A stretch of DNA of 64,000 nucleotides, taken from the NCBI GenBank assembly GCA_047285305.1, contig JBJBDL010000003.1, positions 1,120,001 through 1,184,000 on the forward strand, read 5' to 3'. Each line of letters opens with the position of its first letter. Within the stretch, counting starts at the first letter, position 1. Made by a program: the position numbers and the translations under genes. This document shows positions 34,775 through 44,091 of the stretch, piece by piece. The notes below the pieces were generated by a model. That model made no database searches. It saw nothing but the letters and a program-made list of their open reading frames with translations, and was not told where the DNA came from. The stretch comes from Synechococcus sp. (GTDB taxonomy: Bacteria; Cyanobacteriota; Cyanobacteriia; PCC-6307; Cyanobiaceae).

Positions 34775-35005
34775 TCAATGACCGCCTTCCAGTGATCGAG
34801 ATGTAATTACATCAAACTCTTGAAGTAGAGCGTACGCATCCTCGAACCGCTCAGCATCTCTGAGCTCTTGGACCTTGTGATTCCACCAGATTCCAGTGTC
34901 GATAATTGCTTGGAGTTGTTCAGGTGATGGGTTGAACCCTGATCCTCCAGACATAAACGCCTTTCTGATTTCACGGAAGAGTATCTGCTGAGAAAAGGAA
35001 CGCAA
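34775..35005 (-). CDS. hypothetical protein
   Basis: C-terminal half resembles ORF 39684-39854. Confidence 0.5.
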   Translation of the reverse strand: MRSFSQQILFREIRKAFMSGGSGFNPSPEQLQAIIDTGIWWNHKVQELRDAERFEDAYALLQEFDVITSRSLEGGH

Positions 35006-35207
35006 GTAAATCAGGATAAAGGAAGTTTTACCTATGGATCTGATCCTTCGAATCGATATGATAAGCCCTTCGTGCTTAATGGTTAGGCCCTTTTAAGGAG
35101 CAGAGGAAGTGCTTGGCAAGAGTGATATTCCGAGCCACTTTCTGAAAAAATATCTGCTTAGAAAATTTGACTACAGGGGATTATGTGTGCCGATTTGAGC
35201 CAAAATC

Positions 35208-35278
35208 TGTGGAGGTCTCTCTAGACGAAGGGGTGGAAGAAGACGAGACCGCTGTGGGGTGCAACTGCCGAACCCTGA
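35208..35278 (+). pseudogene. 3' remnant of DUF1651-like gene
   Basis: 35230-35278 is identical to 39541-39589. Confidence 0.8.
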
Positions 35279-35677
35279 GCAGGTCTTTCTGCGGATGACA
35301 TGCCTTTCCTGTATTCCTAGAAAGAGAACACGACACCTACGGAACCGCACTTCATTAGGACGGGGTTAGGTGCCAAGGGGCGGGTAACTCCCGCCCTTCT
35401 TCATGGGTAGGCCTCTTTAGAGGCAGGGTCGGAAACCTCTGAAGATGCCTGACTAGGGCGCTTCTGCTGAAGAACCTTGAAGCAGCGTCTGACGCGATGC
35501 TTTCTCTGGGGTTAGACAGCTGGAAGATCGTCATCCTCTTTGAATGCCTTCTAGGTGCGTCAACTGCAAGAACTTCCAGGGAGAACCTGGTTTTGATGGG
35601 ATTTGTCGTGTGTGGCAGTACATAGTTCCTGCCTGGCGCTCTCATTTCTTAAGGTGCGAGCACTGGACGCCACAGTG

Positions 35678-36318
35678 GTTCGGCAACCCGTAAGCACAAA
35701 TGCTTATTGGGTGGTGTTAGACCAGTCGTATCGCATGAGAGCGAGGAACCCAGGAGGTTAAACACTCCTGGGTCTTTTCTTGGAAAACGCTCACGGCACC
35801 CACGGCAGTCTCCCCTCATCGGTGAGGGTGGTCACCGCTGGGCGTCGTCCCGCCCAGCGGCACTTTCAGTTTCCGAAGGAGCGATAGGGATACCGCTCCT
35901 TTTTTTGTGCCTTCAGGATACGGAAAGCGGTAGTTCCGCTCATGACCCACTGCTCTGATCTGACATAGAACTGGGATGAGGTCAGAGACCGCTGAAGCAG
36001 TAACCAGGTCTCAACGACCTTTAGGGGGGTACAGCTTGCCCCCCTTCTCAATGGGCGCTTCTACGGATGGCTGCGCATCTGTTGCGGCGGGAACATCTGT
36101 TCATCCCGAGTTAAGGGGGGGGGGAAGGATGCGTCATGAGGGGAGCGGGTGGGAGCGCTCCTTTTTCTTGCTTGCGGGCGACCGAACCTTGATCGGCACG
36201 CCGTACCAGTTCTGACGGTTCTCCCACTCCTCACGGGAGAACACCAGGAGGAAGGTGAATGGGTCGAGAAGACGAGGGTTCAGACCTCTGGGAGTGGGAG
36301 ACACCCAGAGGTCTTTTT
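35678..36318 (+). ncRNA. putative structured ncRNA array, copy I (four hairpin-terminated units)
   Basis: Homologous to 51075-52346; hairpin+T-run ends near 35777, 35906, 36166, 36318; no conserved ORF. Confidence 0.6.
35933..35971 (+). promoter_or_regulatory. GTTCCGCTCATG-N21-TA(G/T)AAC promoter-like motif
   Basis: Five copies with identical spacing (35933, 39886, 51318, 51837, 56460). Confidence 0.65.
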
Positions 36319-36638
36319 CTGTCCTTTGTGATGGCAGTACGTTTTTGCCCTCCCTCGCTTCCGCGTCATGGATCTCCTGAAGGCTTGCGATGAGATGAAG
36401 GGCTTCATCCAAACCGCGCAGAAGTTGGTCGAAGCCTGGGATGCAGACCCAGACAACTACTCGCAGTTGGAAGAGGGGCTATCCGCCTTGAAGGCTGAGC
36501 TGGAGAAGTTCAAGGACTGAGAGGGGAGATTTGCATTCCCCCTCTCCGCAGCAGATTTGCGGAGAAGTCGTTGGATTTGAGGGTGTTACCCCCCTTGATA
36601 CCACCACCATTTGGGAAAATGGCGGCTTCGGGTCAGCG

Positions 36639-36710
36639 GGTATCAACAGAGGTATCAACAGACCACGGAAATACTGGGTTTTCCGCCCAGGTGTCAACAA
36701 GGTATCAACA
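36639..36710. repeat. four GGT(A/G)TCAACA direct repeats, putative integrase arm sites
   Basis: Copies at 36639, 36651, 36690, 36701, in two pairs just upstream of glyQ. Confidence 0.65.
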
Positions 36711-36756
36711 CCTTCAATCCTCCAAAACCCGCACCATCACTAGAACAGGCCGACAT

Positions 36757-37647
36757 ATGCACTTCCAGGACATCATCAGCACGCTCAACCGGTTCTGGGC
36801 GGACCAGGGGTGTCTGTTGCTGCAGCCCTACGACACCGAGAAGGGTGCCGGCACCATGAGCCCCCACACGGTGCTCCGAGCGATTGGTCCTGAGCCCTGG
36901 GCCGTGGCCTATCCCGAGCCCTGCCGTCGCCCCACCGACGGCCGTTATGGCGACAACCCCAACCGGGCTCAGCACTATTTCCAGTACCAGGTGCTGATCA
37001 AGCCATCCCCAGATGGCATCCAGGAGACCTACCTGACGTCACTGGAGGCGTTGGGCATCAAGGCCGCTGACCACGACATTCGTTTCGTCGAGGACAACTG
37101 GGAGTCCCCAACCCTCGGCGCCTGGGGTGTGGGCTGGGAAGTGTGGCTCGACGGCATGGAGGTGACCCAGTTCACCTATTTCCAGCAATGCGGCGGCATC
37201 GATTGCAAGCCGGTTTCCATTGAGATCACCTACGGCCTCGAGCGGCTGGCGATGTATCTCCAAGATGTGGAGAGCATCTGGGACCTCAGCTGGAACAGCG
37301 AGCGCAGTTACGGCGAGATCTGGCTGCCGTTTGAAAAGGGGCAGTGCCACTTCAACTTTGAGGCCTCCAATCCCGAGCGGCTCAAGCAGTTGTTCGCCAT
37401 CTATGAAGCGGAAGCGGCAGATCTGATTGAGAAGCAGCTGCCCGCACCGGCCTTGGATTTTGTTCTGAAGTGCAGCCACACCTTCAACCTGCTGGAAGCC
37501 CGTGGCGTGATTTCTGTGACGGAGCGCACCGCCACCATCGGTCGGATCCGCAACCTGGCCCGCAAGGTGGCCGAGGCCTGGCTGGCGGAACGGGAGGCCC
37601 TTGGTTTCCCGCTCTTGAAAGGGGGAACTCTCGAGACAGCGGCCTGA
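36757..37647 (+). CDS. glyQ: glycine--tRNA ligase alpha subunit
   Basis: [30 protein letters not shown]. Confidence 0.98.
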   Translation: MHFQDIISTLNRFWADQGCLLLQPYDTEKGAGTMSPHTVLRAIGPEPWAVAYPEPCRRPTDGRYGDNPNRAQHYFQYQVLIKPSPDGIQETYLTSLEALGIKAADHDIRFVEDNWESPTLGAWGVGWEVWLDGMEVTQFTYFQQCGGIDCKPVSIEITYGLERLAMYLQDVESIWDLSWNSERSYGEIWLPFEKGQCHFNFEASNPERLKQLFAIYEAEAADLIEKQLPAPALDFVLKCSHTFNLLEARGVISVTERTATIGRIRNLARKVAEAWLAEREALGFPLLKGGTLETAA

Positions 37648-38593
37648 TGGTTTCTGCGTCGACGTCGTTCTGTCGATGCCATTGCCCTCTGTCTCCTTGC
37701 GCTACTTGTGCTTAGAGGGGTGTTGTGGGGGCACCGACGCCGAGCCGAGCCGATCCATCTCACCTGATCCAGACGCCACCGGCGGCCGTGGCGATCAGCG
37801 GTCGCTTGCTTGTCGATGTGCGCCGTTTTCCCTCGGGTTGTTCCGGTCTGTTGGAGGTGGATCGGATCGAGGCTCGCGGGGTTGAGGGGCGAACTGAGAT
37901 GCAGTTGCCTGGTCGCACTGCACCCCTGCTGCAGGGCTGGCGTATCCAGCGGGGGTGCTGAGGCGTCCGCTGCTAGCGGTGCACCCGCTGTTGCCGGGAC
38001 CAGCAGAACGTCTGGCCCGCCAAGGCACTTGGAGTCAGCTGCGGGTCGAGAGCATCGAAGTGCTGCAGCGTCCGTGGACGCCGTTGGCTGATCTGCGGCG
38101 CGATGTTGCTCAACGGCTGCAACAGGCCGTCGGGCCAAGGCGGGGCGGTTTTCTGGCCGTTCTGGTGCTGGGCAGCGCCCAGGTGCAGCTCCCGGAAGAC
38201 ATCCGAGCGGCGTTCCGGATGGCCGGCTTGTCCCATGCCCGGACGGCATCGGGGTTTCACCTCTCTGTTCTGCTCGGCAGTGTGCTGATGCTGGCCCACC
38301 GCATTGGGGCTCCCCAGCAAGTTCAAGCTCCCATCGCTATCGGCCAGGTGCTTCGAAGTGATGGCCTATCGGTGCAGCGTCTGCAGCCTTGCACCGGAGC
38401 ACTTGTGATGCGGGTGGGGCATCAGCGCTGGCAGCTGTTCCAAAGCCCTCAGGCCTTGTGGGCACTACAGCATCGGCAGCGATCAGAACCCCGGCAGATG
38501 ATTGCTGGAACATGGCTGGGGTTCAAGCCTTCCGCACCCCAGCGCCGTCGGCTTCTGAAGCATGGAGCAGGTTCCCGGTTCGTCGGCCTTTAA
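37647..38593 (+). pseudogene. comEC: ComEC/Rec2 competence channel pseudogene
   Basis: LVLG..FRMAGLSHARTASGFHLSVL ComEC motif; under 1 kb, broken 5' frame, most TM region missing. Confidence 0.8.
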
Positions 38594-38618
38594 ACTTCTG
38601 GAACGCCTGATGGCGTGT

Positions 38619-38705
38619 GGAGAGGTGGCAGAGTCCGGTTGATTGCGCACGACTCGAAATCGTGTAGGGGTAACACCCTCGTGGGTTCGAATCCCACCCT
38701 CTCCG
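38619..38705 (+). tRNA. tRNA-Ser (anticodon CGA)
   Basis: GGAGAGG/CCTCTCC acceptor stem, CACGA-CTCGAAA-TCGTG anticodon arm, long variable arm, GTGGG-TTCGAAT-CCCAC T arm. Confidence 0.97.
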
Positions 38706-38836
38706 TTCCGAATAAGTCCTGAAAGGTCCTGGTTCGTCCCATGAGACACCAGGGTGTCTCGAAAAAGTGTTGGGGGAAATATTCGGGAAAAAAGGGGGTG
38801 TCTTGGGGGAAATATCTTTGTTGGGGGAATCCTGAA

Positions 38837-38880
38837 ATGTCACTCTCTGACTCGCAGGTCCGTTCTCTAAAGCAGGAGTT
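38837..38880 (+). pseudogene. extreme N-terminal stub of a P4-like integrase
   Basis: MSLSDSQVRSLK directly after arm-like repeats; parallels MSPSGSQI at 52628. Confidence 0.55.
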
Positions 38881-39080
38881 TCCGAATGGTCGAGAGCATC
38901 TCGGATTTTCCATCGAATGGTTGCTCTCCCTCAGAGTCCAGTGAGTGGAAGAGTGTTTCTCGGAAAGTTCGCACGACGACTGGACTTTGCCCGCACTCAT
39001 CTTGTTCGTGCGCATCGCTCAGCGCCACCAGGGGCATTTTCTTCCGATTTCTCTCTTGACCAAACCCCTCCAGCCAGGAG

Positions 39081-39096
39081 TAGAACAGATGAACTA
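39081..39096. promoter_or_regulatory. putative LexA box
   Basis: TAGAACA-GA-TGAACTA, two mismatches to the cyanobacterial TAGTACA-N2-TGTACTA, 17 nt upstream of 39114. Confidence 0.5.
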
Positions 39097-39113
39097 CTCA
39101 CAAGGAGGGTTCG

Positions 39114-39344
39114 ATGTCGGAAGAGGAATGGGACTTTGTGGATGGTCTGAGGCAGACCAGGTCCTCGTGCGTCTGCATGACGTGCCAGCACTTCTCCTAT
39201 GTCTGCGACCAGCACTGCCATACATTGCTGACCTGCGGTCTTCAGCGTCGTCAGGTTCCTCACGGTGAGCACCTGACGAAGAGGTGCCGCAACTGGATGG
39301 TCCGCAGGGAAGCGGAAATGGGTTGGTGCCCGGAGGTGGCGTGA
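39114..39344 (+). CDS. small Cys/His-rich protein
   Basis: CMTCQHF..C..C..HGEHLTKRC..GWCPEVA; overlaps start of next gene. Confidence 0.75.
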   Translation: MSEEEWDFVDGLRQTRSSCVCMTCQHFSYVCDQHCHTLLTCGLQRRQVPHGEHLTKRCRNWMVRREAEMGWCPEVA

Positions 39345-39589
39345 TGCAAGAGGGATGGTTGATCGATGCCAGCGACCATTGGGTCTGGCGGTTTCACCGG
39401 GACAACTCCGCCTGGGTGAAAGATCCGAAGGTCTTTATCGACCGAGGGCGTCAGATGCCCGAAGGTCCGCCGCTGCTCAAGGAGCGTCGATATCTGAGGA
39501 AGGATGCCGCAGAACAGTTGTGGAGGTCTCTTCAGACGCAGGGGTGGAAGAAGACGAGACCGCTGTGGGGTGCAACTGCCGAACCCTGA
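39344..39589 (+). CDS. DUF1651-like protein
   Basis: GWLID..WVWRFHRD..VFIDRGR..PPLLKERR..W..L..GW. Confidence 0.75.
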   Translation: MQEGWLIDASDHWVWRFHRDNSAWVKDPKVFIDRGRQMPEGPPLLKERRYLRKDAAEQLWRSLQTQGWKKTRPLWGATAEP

Positions 39590-39683
39590 AGGTGTCCCCT
39601 CCACCTAAATCGCAATCCAGTAAAAATCGCTGCCACTTCTCATATGGCGGGTGCCTACAACCCCAAAAAGGTGTTGCCCTGCC

Positions 39684-39854
39684 ATGTCTTACAAAGACGC
39701 CAACTACCTCAAATCAACCCTCCAGCGGGAACTTTGGAGTGAATCGGGGACTTGGTTGCTGGAGAGGACGCAAACGCTTTGGGATGACGGGATGCCCGAT
39801 GAGGCATCGGCGCTCTACTCAGAGTTCTCCAGGGGTCCTGCTCTGGGCGAATGA
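39684..39854 (+). CDS. small hypothetical protein
   Basis: G.W.....Q.L.D....A.AL..EF pattern shared with 34775-35005. Confidence 0.55.
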   Translation: MSYKDANYLKSTLQRELWSESGTWLLERTQTLWDDGMPDEASALYSEFSRGPALGE

Positions 39855-39885
39855 CTTTGTGCCTTCATAGATACAGGAACCGGTA

Positions 39886-39946
39886 GTTCCGCTCATGTCC
39901 TGGTGCTTTGAAGCGCCCTAGAACAGAAATGAGGTCAGAGACCGAT
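39886..39946 (+). promoter_or_regulatory. truncated copy of promoter motif plus RNA 5' end
   Basis: GTTCCGCTCATG..TAGAAC..ATGAGGTCAGAGACCG, then diverges. Confidence 0.6.
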
Positions 39947-40113
39947 AGGAACTACTAACCTTTCTCAGTCGGTCCACTTGGATTCTCGCTATGTGAACTG
40001 GCACGAATAGGTGATCACATGTGTATGTAAAAGAAGATGACAATTAGATGCATACAAGTAGCTGGGTGCTTGGATGTCAAAAGTATTTTATGTAGTTGGT
40101 TTACTTAGGCGGG

Positions 40114-40926
40114 CTACAGTTTAATTCTCATCCAGTCAATAGTTGTATCTGTATTACAGATAAACTTGGTGAGGCGGATTGCGCCAGATCCACAGGCAAT
40201 AACTGGCATCTCATTTTCAATTCGTATTACCGTTCCAGGTTTTGAAAATTCATTCACGACCTCTGATGAGATGATGTTTATACATCCATAAATATCAGAT
40301 CTTATGCTTGCGGTGTACGTGGGTGATTTAAATGGGTGATATGACCCAGCCCTTATAAAGTTTCTGACATGAGTTGCAGATTTGGACCAATCAATTGAAG
40401 AAGAAAGAGCATCTTTGTGAGTAAAATTAATTCTTTTACTTAGATCTTGAGGAGTTCTTGTTAGAGGCTCACCACTAATAAGTTTTTCGGCAAAAATCTT
40501 CATTAAATCAAGCCCTTCACGCTTGGTTTTTTGAAATAGTGAAAGACCAGTATCATCATTTGTGATTTTTATATGTTTCTCAAGGACAATATCGCCTGCA
40601 TCGACATCAACACACATATGATGAATAGTTACTGCGGTCGAAGTTTCCCCATTTCTGATGGCCCACTGATGAACATGTATCCCTGCATATTCAGGTAGTT
40701 TTCCATTGTGAACATTAAATGCCCTTCCCTCAAATCTCTCCAAAATATGAGGCTTAATTATATGAGGGCTAAAATAATTCAAAAGGACGTCTGTTTCTGG
40801 CAGCAAAAAGTTTTCATAATTGATCTGTTTGGAAAGTATTGGACTGAAAGAAGCGGCAACCGTTCCACCATGTTTCTCAATGTGGGACACAAGGCTTTGG
40901 GCTTCACCAAGGATCAGAAACCTCAT
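40114..40926 (-). CDS. formyltransferase (Fmt-like)
   Basis: NVHNGKLPEYAG, HHM..VDAGDI; C-terminal IACGSGAI. Confidence 0.85.
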   Translation of the reverse strand: MRFLILGEAQSLVSHIEKHGGTVAASFSPILSKQINYENFLLPETDVLLNYFSPHIIKPHILERFEGRAFNVHNGKLPEYAGIHVHQWAIRNGETSTAVTIHHMCVDVDAGDIVLEKHIKITNDDTGLSLFQKTKREGLDLMKIFAEKLISGEPLTRTPQDLSKRINFTHKDALSSSIDWSKSATHVRNFIRAGSYHPFKSPTYTASIRSDIYGCINIISSEVVNEFSKPGTVIRIENEMPVIACGSGAIRLTKFICNTDTTIDWMRIKL

Positions 40927-41207
40927 TGCTCGATGCTTTTACTTTGTTCATTATTTTGAATGACAATTGCAGAGACAATGCTGCCCAAAGTTTGTAAATC
41001 AGTATCATCAATTATTGATAAATCAAACTCCAATTCGAGTGAACTGCAAAGGTCAGTTATGAGTTGTATAAACTCAAATGAATCGATAATTCCAGAGCCA
41101 AGTAAATCAAAATCACTTGGGATCTCAGCATCCCTTAAACCTGCTTTTGATAAGCGGTCACCCATTATCAGAATAAATTTGTCGTATACTACTTTATAGC
41201 TAGCCAT
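40923..41207 (-). CDS. acyl/aminoacyl carrier protein (DltC-like)
   Basis: DLLGSGIIDSFEFIQLI phosphopantetheine motif. Confidence 0.85.
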   Translation of the reverse strand: MASYKVVYDKFILIMGDRLSKAGLRDAEIPSDFDLLGSGIIDSFEFIQLITDLCSSLELEFDLSIIDDTDLQTLGSIVSAIVIQNNEQSKSIEQ

Positions 41208-41221
41208 TAATAGTTAGGGAG

Positions 41222-42682
41222 TCATAAGTTGCCAATTAATTTTAGCGCATTTGAATCTATTTTGCCGTTTGAGTTTCTAGGAAATTTATCAATCAAAATA
41301 AACTTGCTGGGTAATGCGTAATGGGGCAAGTGCAATGAAGCTAACTTGCGAATATCATCTAGCAGCACACTGGACTTTAAGATTAAAAATGAAAATATTT
41401 CACCATCCTTGAATACAGAATAGCTGTCTAGATCAAACAAATTCTTAAAAATAAAATCGATTTCATCGAGTTCAATTCGGTATCCTTTAACTTTGACTTG
41501 TCTATCTATTCTGCAACTGAAAAAGTTGTGGCCGTTGAGGTTTTTTGACCAGTCGCCCGTTCGATAGCAATTAACTGAAGATCCGTTAGTAATTAATTTA
41601 ACAAATGACATTTCAGTTTTTTCACTATCATTCCAGTATCCCAAAGATACCTGCGGTCCTGACACGTATATTTCTCCCTCAAAGGCATCCGACCCTCCAA
41701 CTAGATGCATCTGCATTCCAGGAATAGCATTACCGATCGAAACAGCATTATTATTACAGGCCTGTTCATAATTTTCCTTTGTTAATCTGGCTAGTGTAAA
41801 AGAAACAGTTGCTTCGGTTGGGCCATATGTATTGTGCACGACTGCATCAGGACATATTTTAAATAAATATTCAAGCTGACTTTTTTGCAGAGTTTCGCCA
41901 CAAAATGAAAGCAATCTGAGGGACGATAAGGTTTCTTGTGTTACATTTTTCTGCAACGAGAATAAGTCTATTGCACTTGGTACGGAATTCCAGACTGTGA
42001 TCTTGTTTTTCCTGATGTAATTTACAGCTGAAAGTTTATTTATTTGCGTCATTGGAAATAATGTTGCGCCAGAACATAGTGCCCCGTAAATATCTAGAAC
42101 AGAAAGGTCAAAACCTATATTTGAATGTTGACTACAATTATCATTTTCACTAAGAGCCATTGCCCGAATTGACCATTCAACGAAGTGAGCTAATGATTCT
42201 CTACTTATCATCACACCTTTTGGAGCACCTGTAGAACCAGAAGTGAATATTACGTAGGCAAGTTTTGAAGGTTTTATTTTATTGGTCAATCGTGGTATCC
42301 CTATCATCTCATCAACTAAAAGAAATTTATAGTCTTTATTCCTGCCTATTTCATTTAAGTATTTTGAGGATGTTATTATAATATCTGGGTTGAAGATTTT
42401 GCGTATATTGTTATTCCTTTCTGTTGCAGAGTGAATATTAATCGGGGTATATACGGCACCCGCCTGAAGCGAGGCCATCATGCTTGCATATGCCTCGATC
42501 GACTGTGGCAGGTGGATAAGTACTTTTTGGTTTTTTCCTAATGAGATTATTTGTGACGCTATTTGACTAGATAGAACTAGAAGACCATGATATGAAATTG
42601 ATCTTTCTTTTTCAACGATTGCAAGTTTAGCTGGGACTTTGCATGCTTGATAAGCAAATAGTTCGTATGGATCTTTACACAT
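41222..42682 (-). CDS. stand-alone adenylation enzyme (DltA-like)
   Basis: YVIFTSGSTGAPKG, FDLSV, NTYGPTE, YRTGD, RIDRQVKVKGYRIEL, NGKID. Confidence 0.9.
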   Translation of the reverse strand: MCKDPYELFAYQACKVPAKLAIVEKERSISYHGLLVLSSQIASQIISLGKNQKVLIHLPQSIEAYASMMASLQAGAVYTPINIHSATERNNNIRKIFNPDIIITSSKYLNEIGRNKDYKFLLVDEMIGIPRLTNKIKPSKLAYVIFTSGSTGAPKGVMISRESLAHFVEWSIRAMALSENDNCSQHSNIGFDLSVLDIYGALCSGATLFPMTQINKLSAVNYIRKNKITVWNSVPSAIDLFSLQKNVTQETLSSLRLLSFCGETLQKSQLEYLFKICPDAVVHNTYGPTEATVSFTLARLTKENYEQACNNNAVSIGNAIPGMQMHLVGGSDAFEGEIYVSGPQVSLGYWNDSEKTEMSFVKLITNGSSVNCYRTGDWSKNLNGHNFFSCRIDRQVKVKGYRIELDEIDFIFKNLFDLDSYSVFKDGEIFSFLILKSSVLLDDIRKLASLHLPHYALPSKFILIDKFPRNSNGKIDSNALKLIGNL

Positions 42683-42683
42683 G

Positions 42684-43445
42684 TTATTGCAAGTGCTCAA
42701 TGAGAATGCTTGGTTCAGAACTGAGCAGCTCCGAAACTTTTTTGAAAAGTAAATCAAGATTAACTAGTCGACTAGTCACACCGCTAATTGAACTTGTGGA
42801 TCCTACATTACTATGTTGTAATATCTGTTCAAGCCTATTCAAATTTGTCTTGGAGGATCCTTTTTTTCCATAGTACTTAACGTTTATTTCCTCAATTTTT
42901 CCTTCATTGCTCATAATTTTTCTTGGTAGTTCTATCCATTCCCTGTATGAAACTCCCCTGCACGCCTCGACATGATGGATGAAGGTGCCTCCTTGCTGAA
43001 AAGTGGCACCCAGAAGCAATAAGTAGAAGTGATTTTGCATCATCGCATCAAAAAATGATCCCTTTCCAATGGATATTTCTGGGTTTGCCGACATGAGAGT
43101 ATGCGATAAAGGGCCATCAATTTGGTGATTATGAATTGGACATAATGTACGAACAGAATTTGGTAGGTTCATTACATAGTTTGAAAGTGCACCCATCCCA
43201 ACAGCCTTTGTTTTGAGCGGATCGTAAATGTCCTCGCTGCTTAGGGTAAAGTTGTAGGTTGGAACTACTATTGTTGATTTCTTTCCGATAACTTCTCTTA
43301 TTAACTCATATACGCGTTTTACTCCACCCTCTATATTTCCGAATCTTATCAAACTACTATGAATGCATAGGTTCATTCCTTCCTTTACACCTAATGCTTT
43401 CAAGTGCAACTTGATACTATCGGTTGTAGTTGTGTTTACATTCAC
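42684..43445 (-). CDS. AAC(3)/Antibiotic_NAT family N-acetyltransferase
   Basis: HSSL..G, VPTY, GAL, LLLG, TFIHHVE motifs. Confidence 0.85.
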   Translation of the reverse strand: MNVNTTTTDSIKLHLKALGVKEGMNLCIHSSLIRFGNIEGGVKRVYELIREVIGKKSTIVVPTYNFTLSSEDIYDPLKTKAVGMGALSNYVMNLPNSVRTLCPIHNHQIDGPLSHTLMSANPEISIGKGSFFDAMMQNHFYLLLLGATFQQGGTFIHHVEACRGVSYREWIELPRKIMSNEGKIEEINVKYYGKKGSSKTNLNRLEQILQHSNVGSTSSISGVTSRLVNLDLLFKKVSELLSSEPSILIEHLQ

Positions 43446-44091
43446 TTGTGACTAAAAGAATTTGAACGATTGAACATAGATCTCATTCCCTTGAATTAAA
43501 AAAATATAATCCTTTTAACTTGATTTGACTGTTGCATGTTTTGCTTTAATTTGCACTATTGAATTTATTCTGTTCGAAGCTTCACCTATCATAACACATG
43601 AGAACATCATTTTTGACTTGATGATGAAGTGCTTTCATGCTGCTTTCTTTCCGCAGCAGATGTAGTGACAAATGGTTAATACTAGCAATATTGCGTTTTA
43701 TCCTTCATTGCATCTCTTGCTACACACATGTGGATGTTCTCCTCTGATTTAGCTAAACGGTTCTACGTAGTCCATGTCATCCATAAGTACTTCCAAAATG
43801 ATGGATAGTTGTTGATGCTGGTGTTTGTTGTTCGTGTCGATATGAATTACTTAGGTTATAGCTCTAACATTTAAGAGTGTGATGGTTTTACGACTGCCTT
43901 AGCATAAAATATTGCCATTATCATATTATTTTCATCTTGAAAAAGCCTCATAGAATCAATGTCTATATATATCTTCCATCCTTTTGATTTCAGACTGGTT
44001 TTATCCCCAAAGAATATTACTACACTGCAGCCTTCTTATTTATTTCTATCGTCAGCTTTTGGGTGGGTTTAAGATCAATAATTAATTTGAC

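Larger units (their letters stand above)
32884..36772. mobile_element. genomic island 2 remnant at the 5' end of glyQ
   Basis: Abrupt GC drop after about 32900; imperfect 16-nt repeat of glyQ start; arm-like repeats before glyQ; shares DUF1651 and non-coding modules with island 3. Confidence 0.6.

Noticed and set aside
35930..35943. NtcA site (GTA-N8-TAC) 22 nt before the -10
   Set aside because: Spacing fits, but the right half is CAT in all copies and the left half varies (GTA/GTG/GTT) while the central bases are invariant
35978..36022. Hammerhead ribozyme in the B-unit 5' domain
   Set aside because: CTGAAG/CCGATGAG only loosely resembles CUGANGA and no properly placed GAAA core is present
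35976..36215. MRSETAEAVTRSQRPL ORFs (also 51880-52080) as a protein family
   Set aside because: Frame diverges between copies after the G-run, and the ATG lies at the predicted transcript start; conservation fits RNA better
36535..36548. ATTCCCCCTCTCCG as another tRNA-Ser att copy
   Set aside because: Imperfect, lies upstream of the tRNA, and lacks the flanking sequence seen at the other copies
42684..43445. Aminoglycoside resistance gene
   Set aside because: Family membership alone is insufficient; operon context points to biosynthesis
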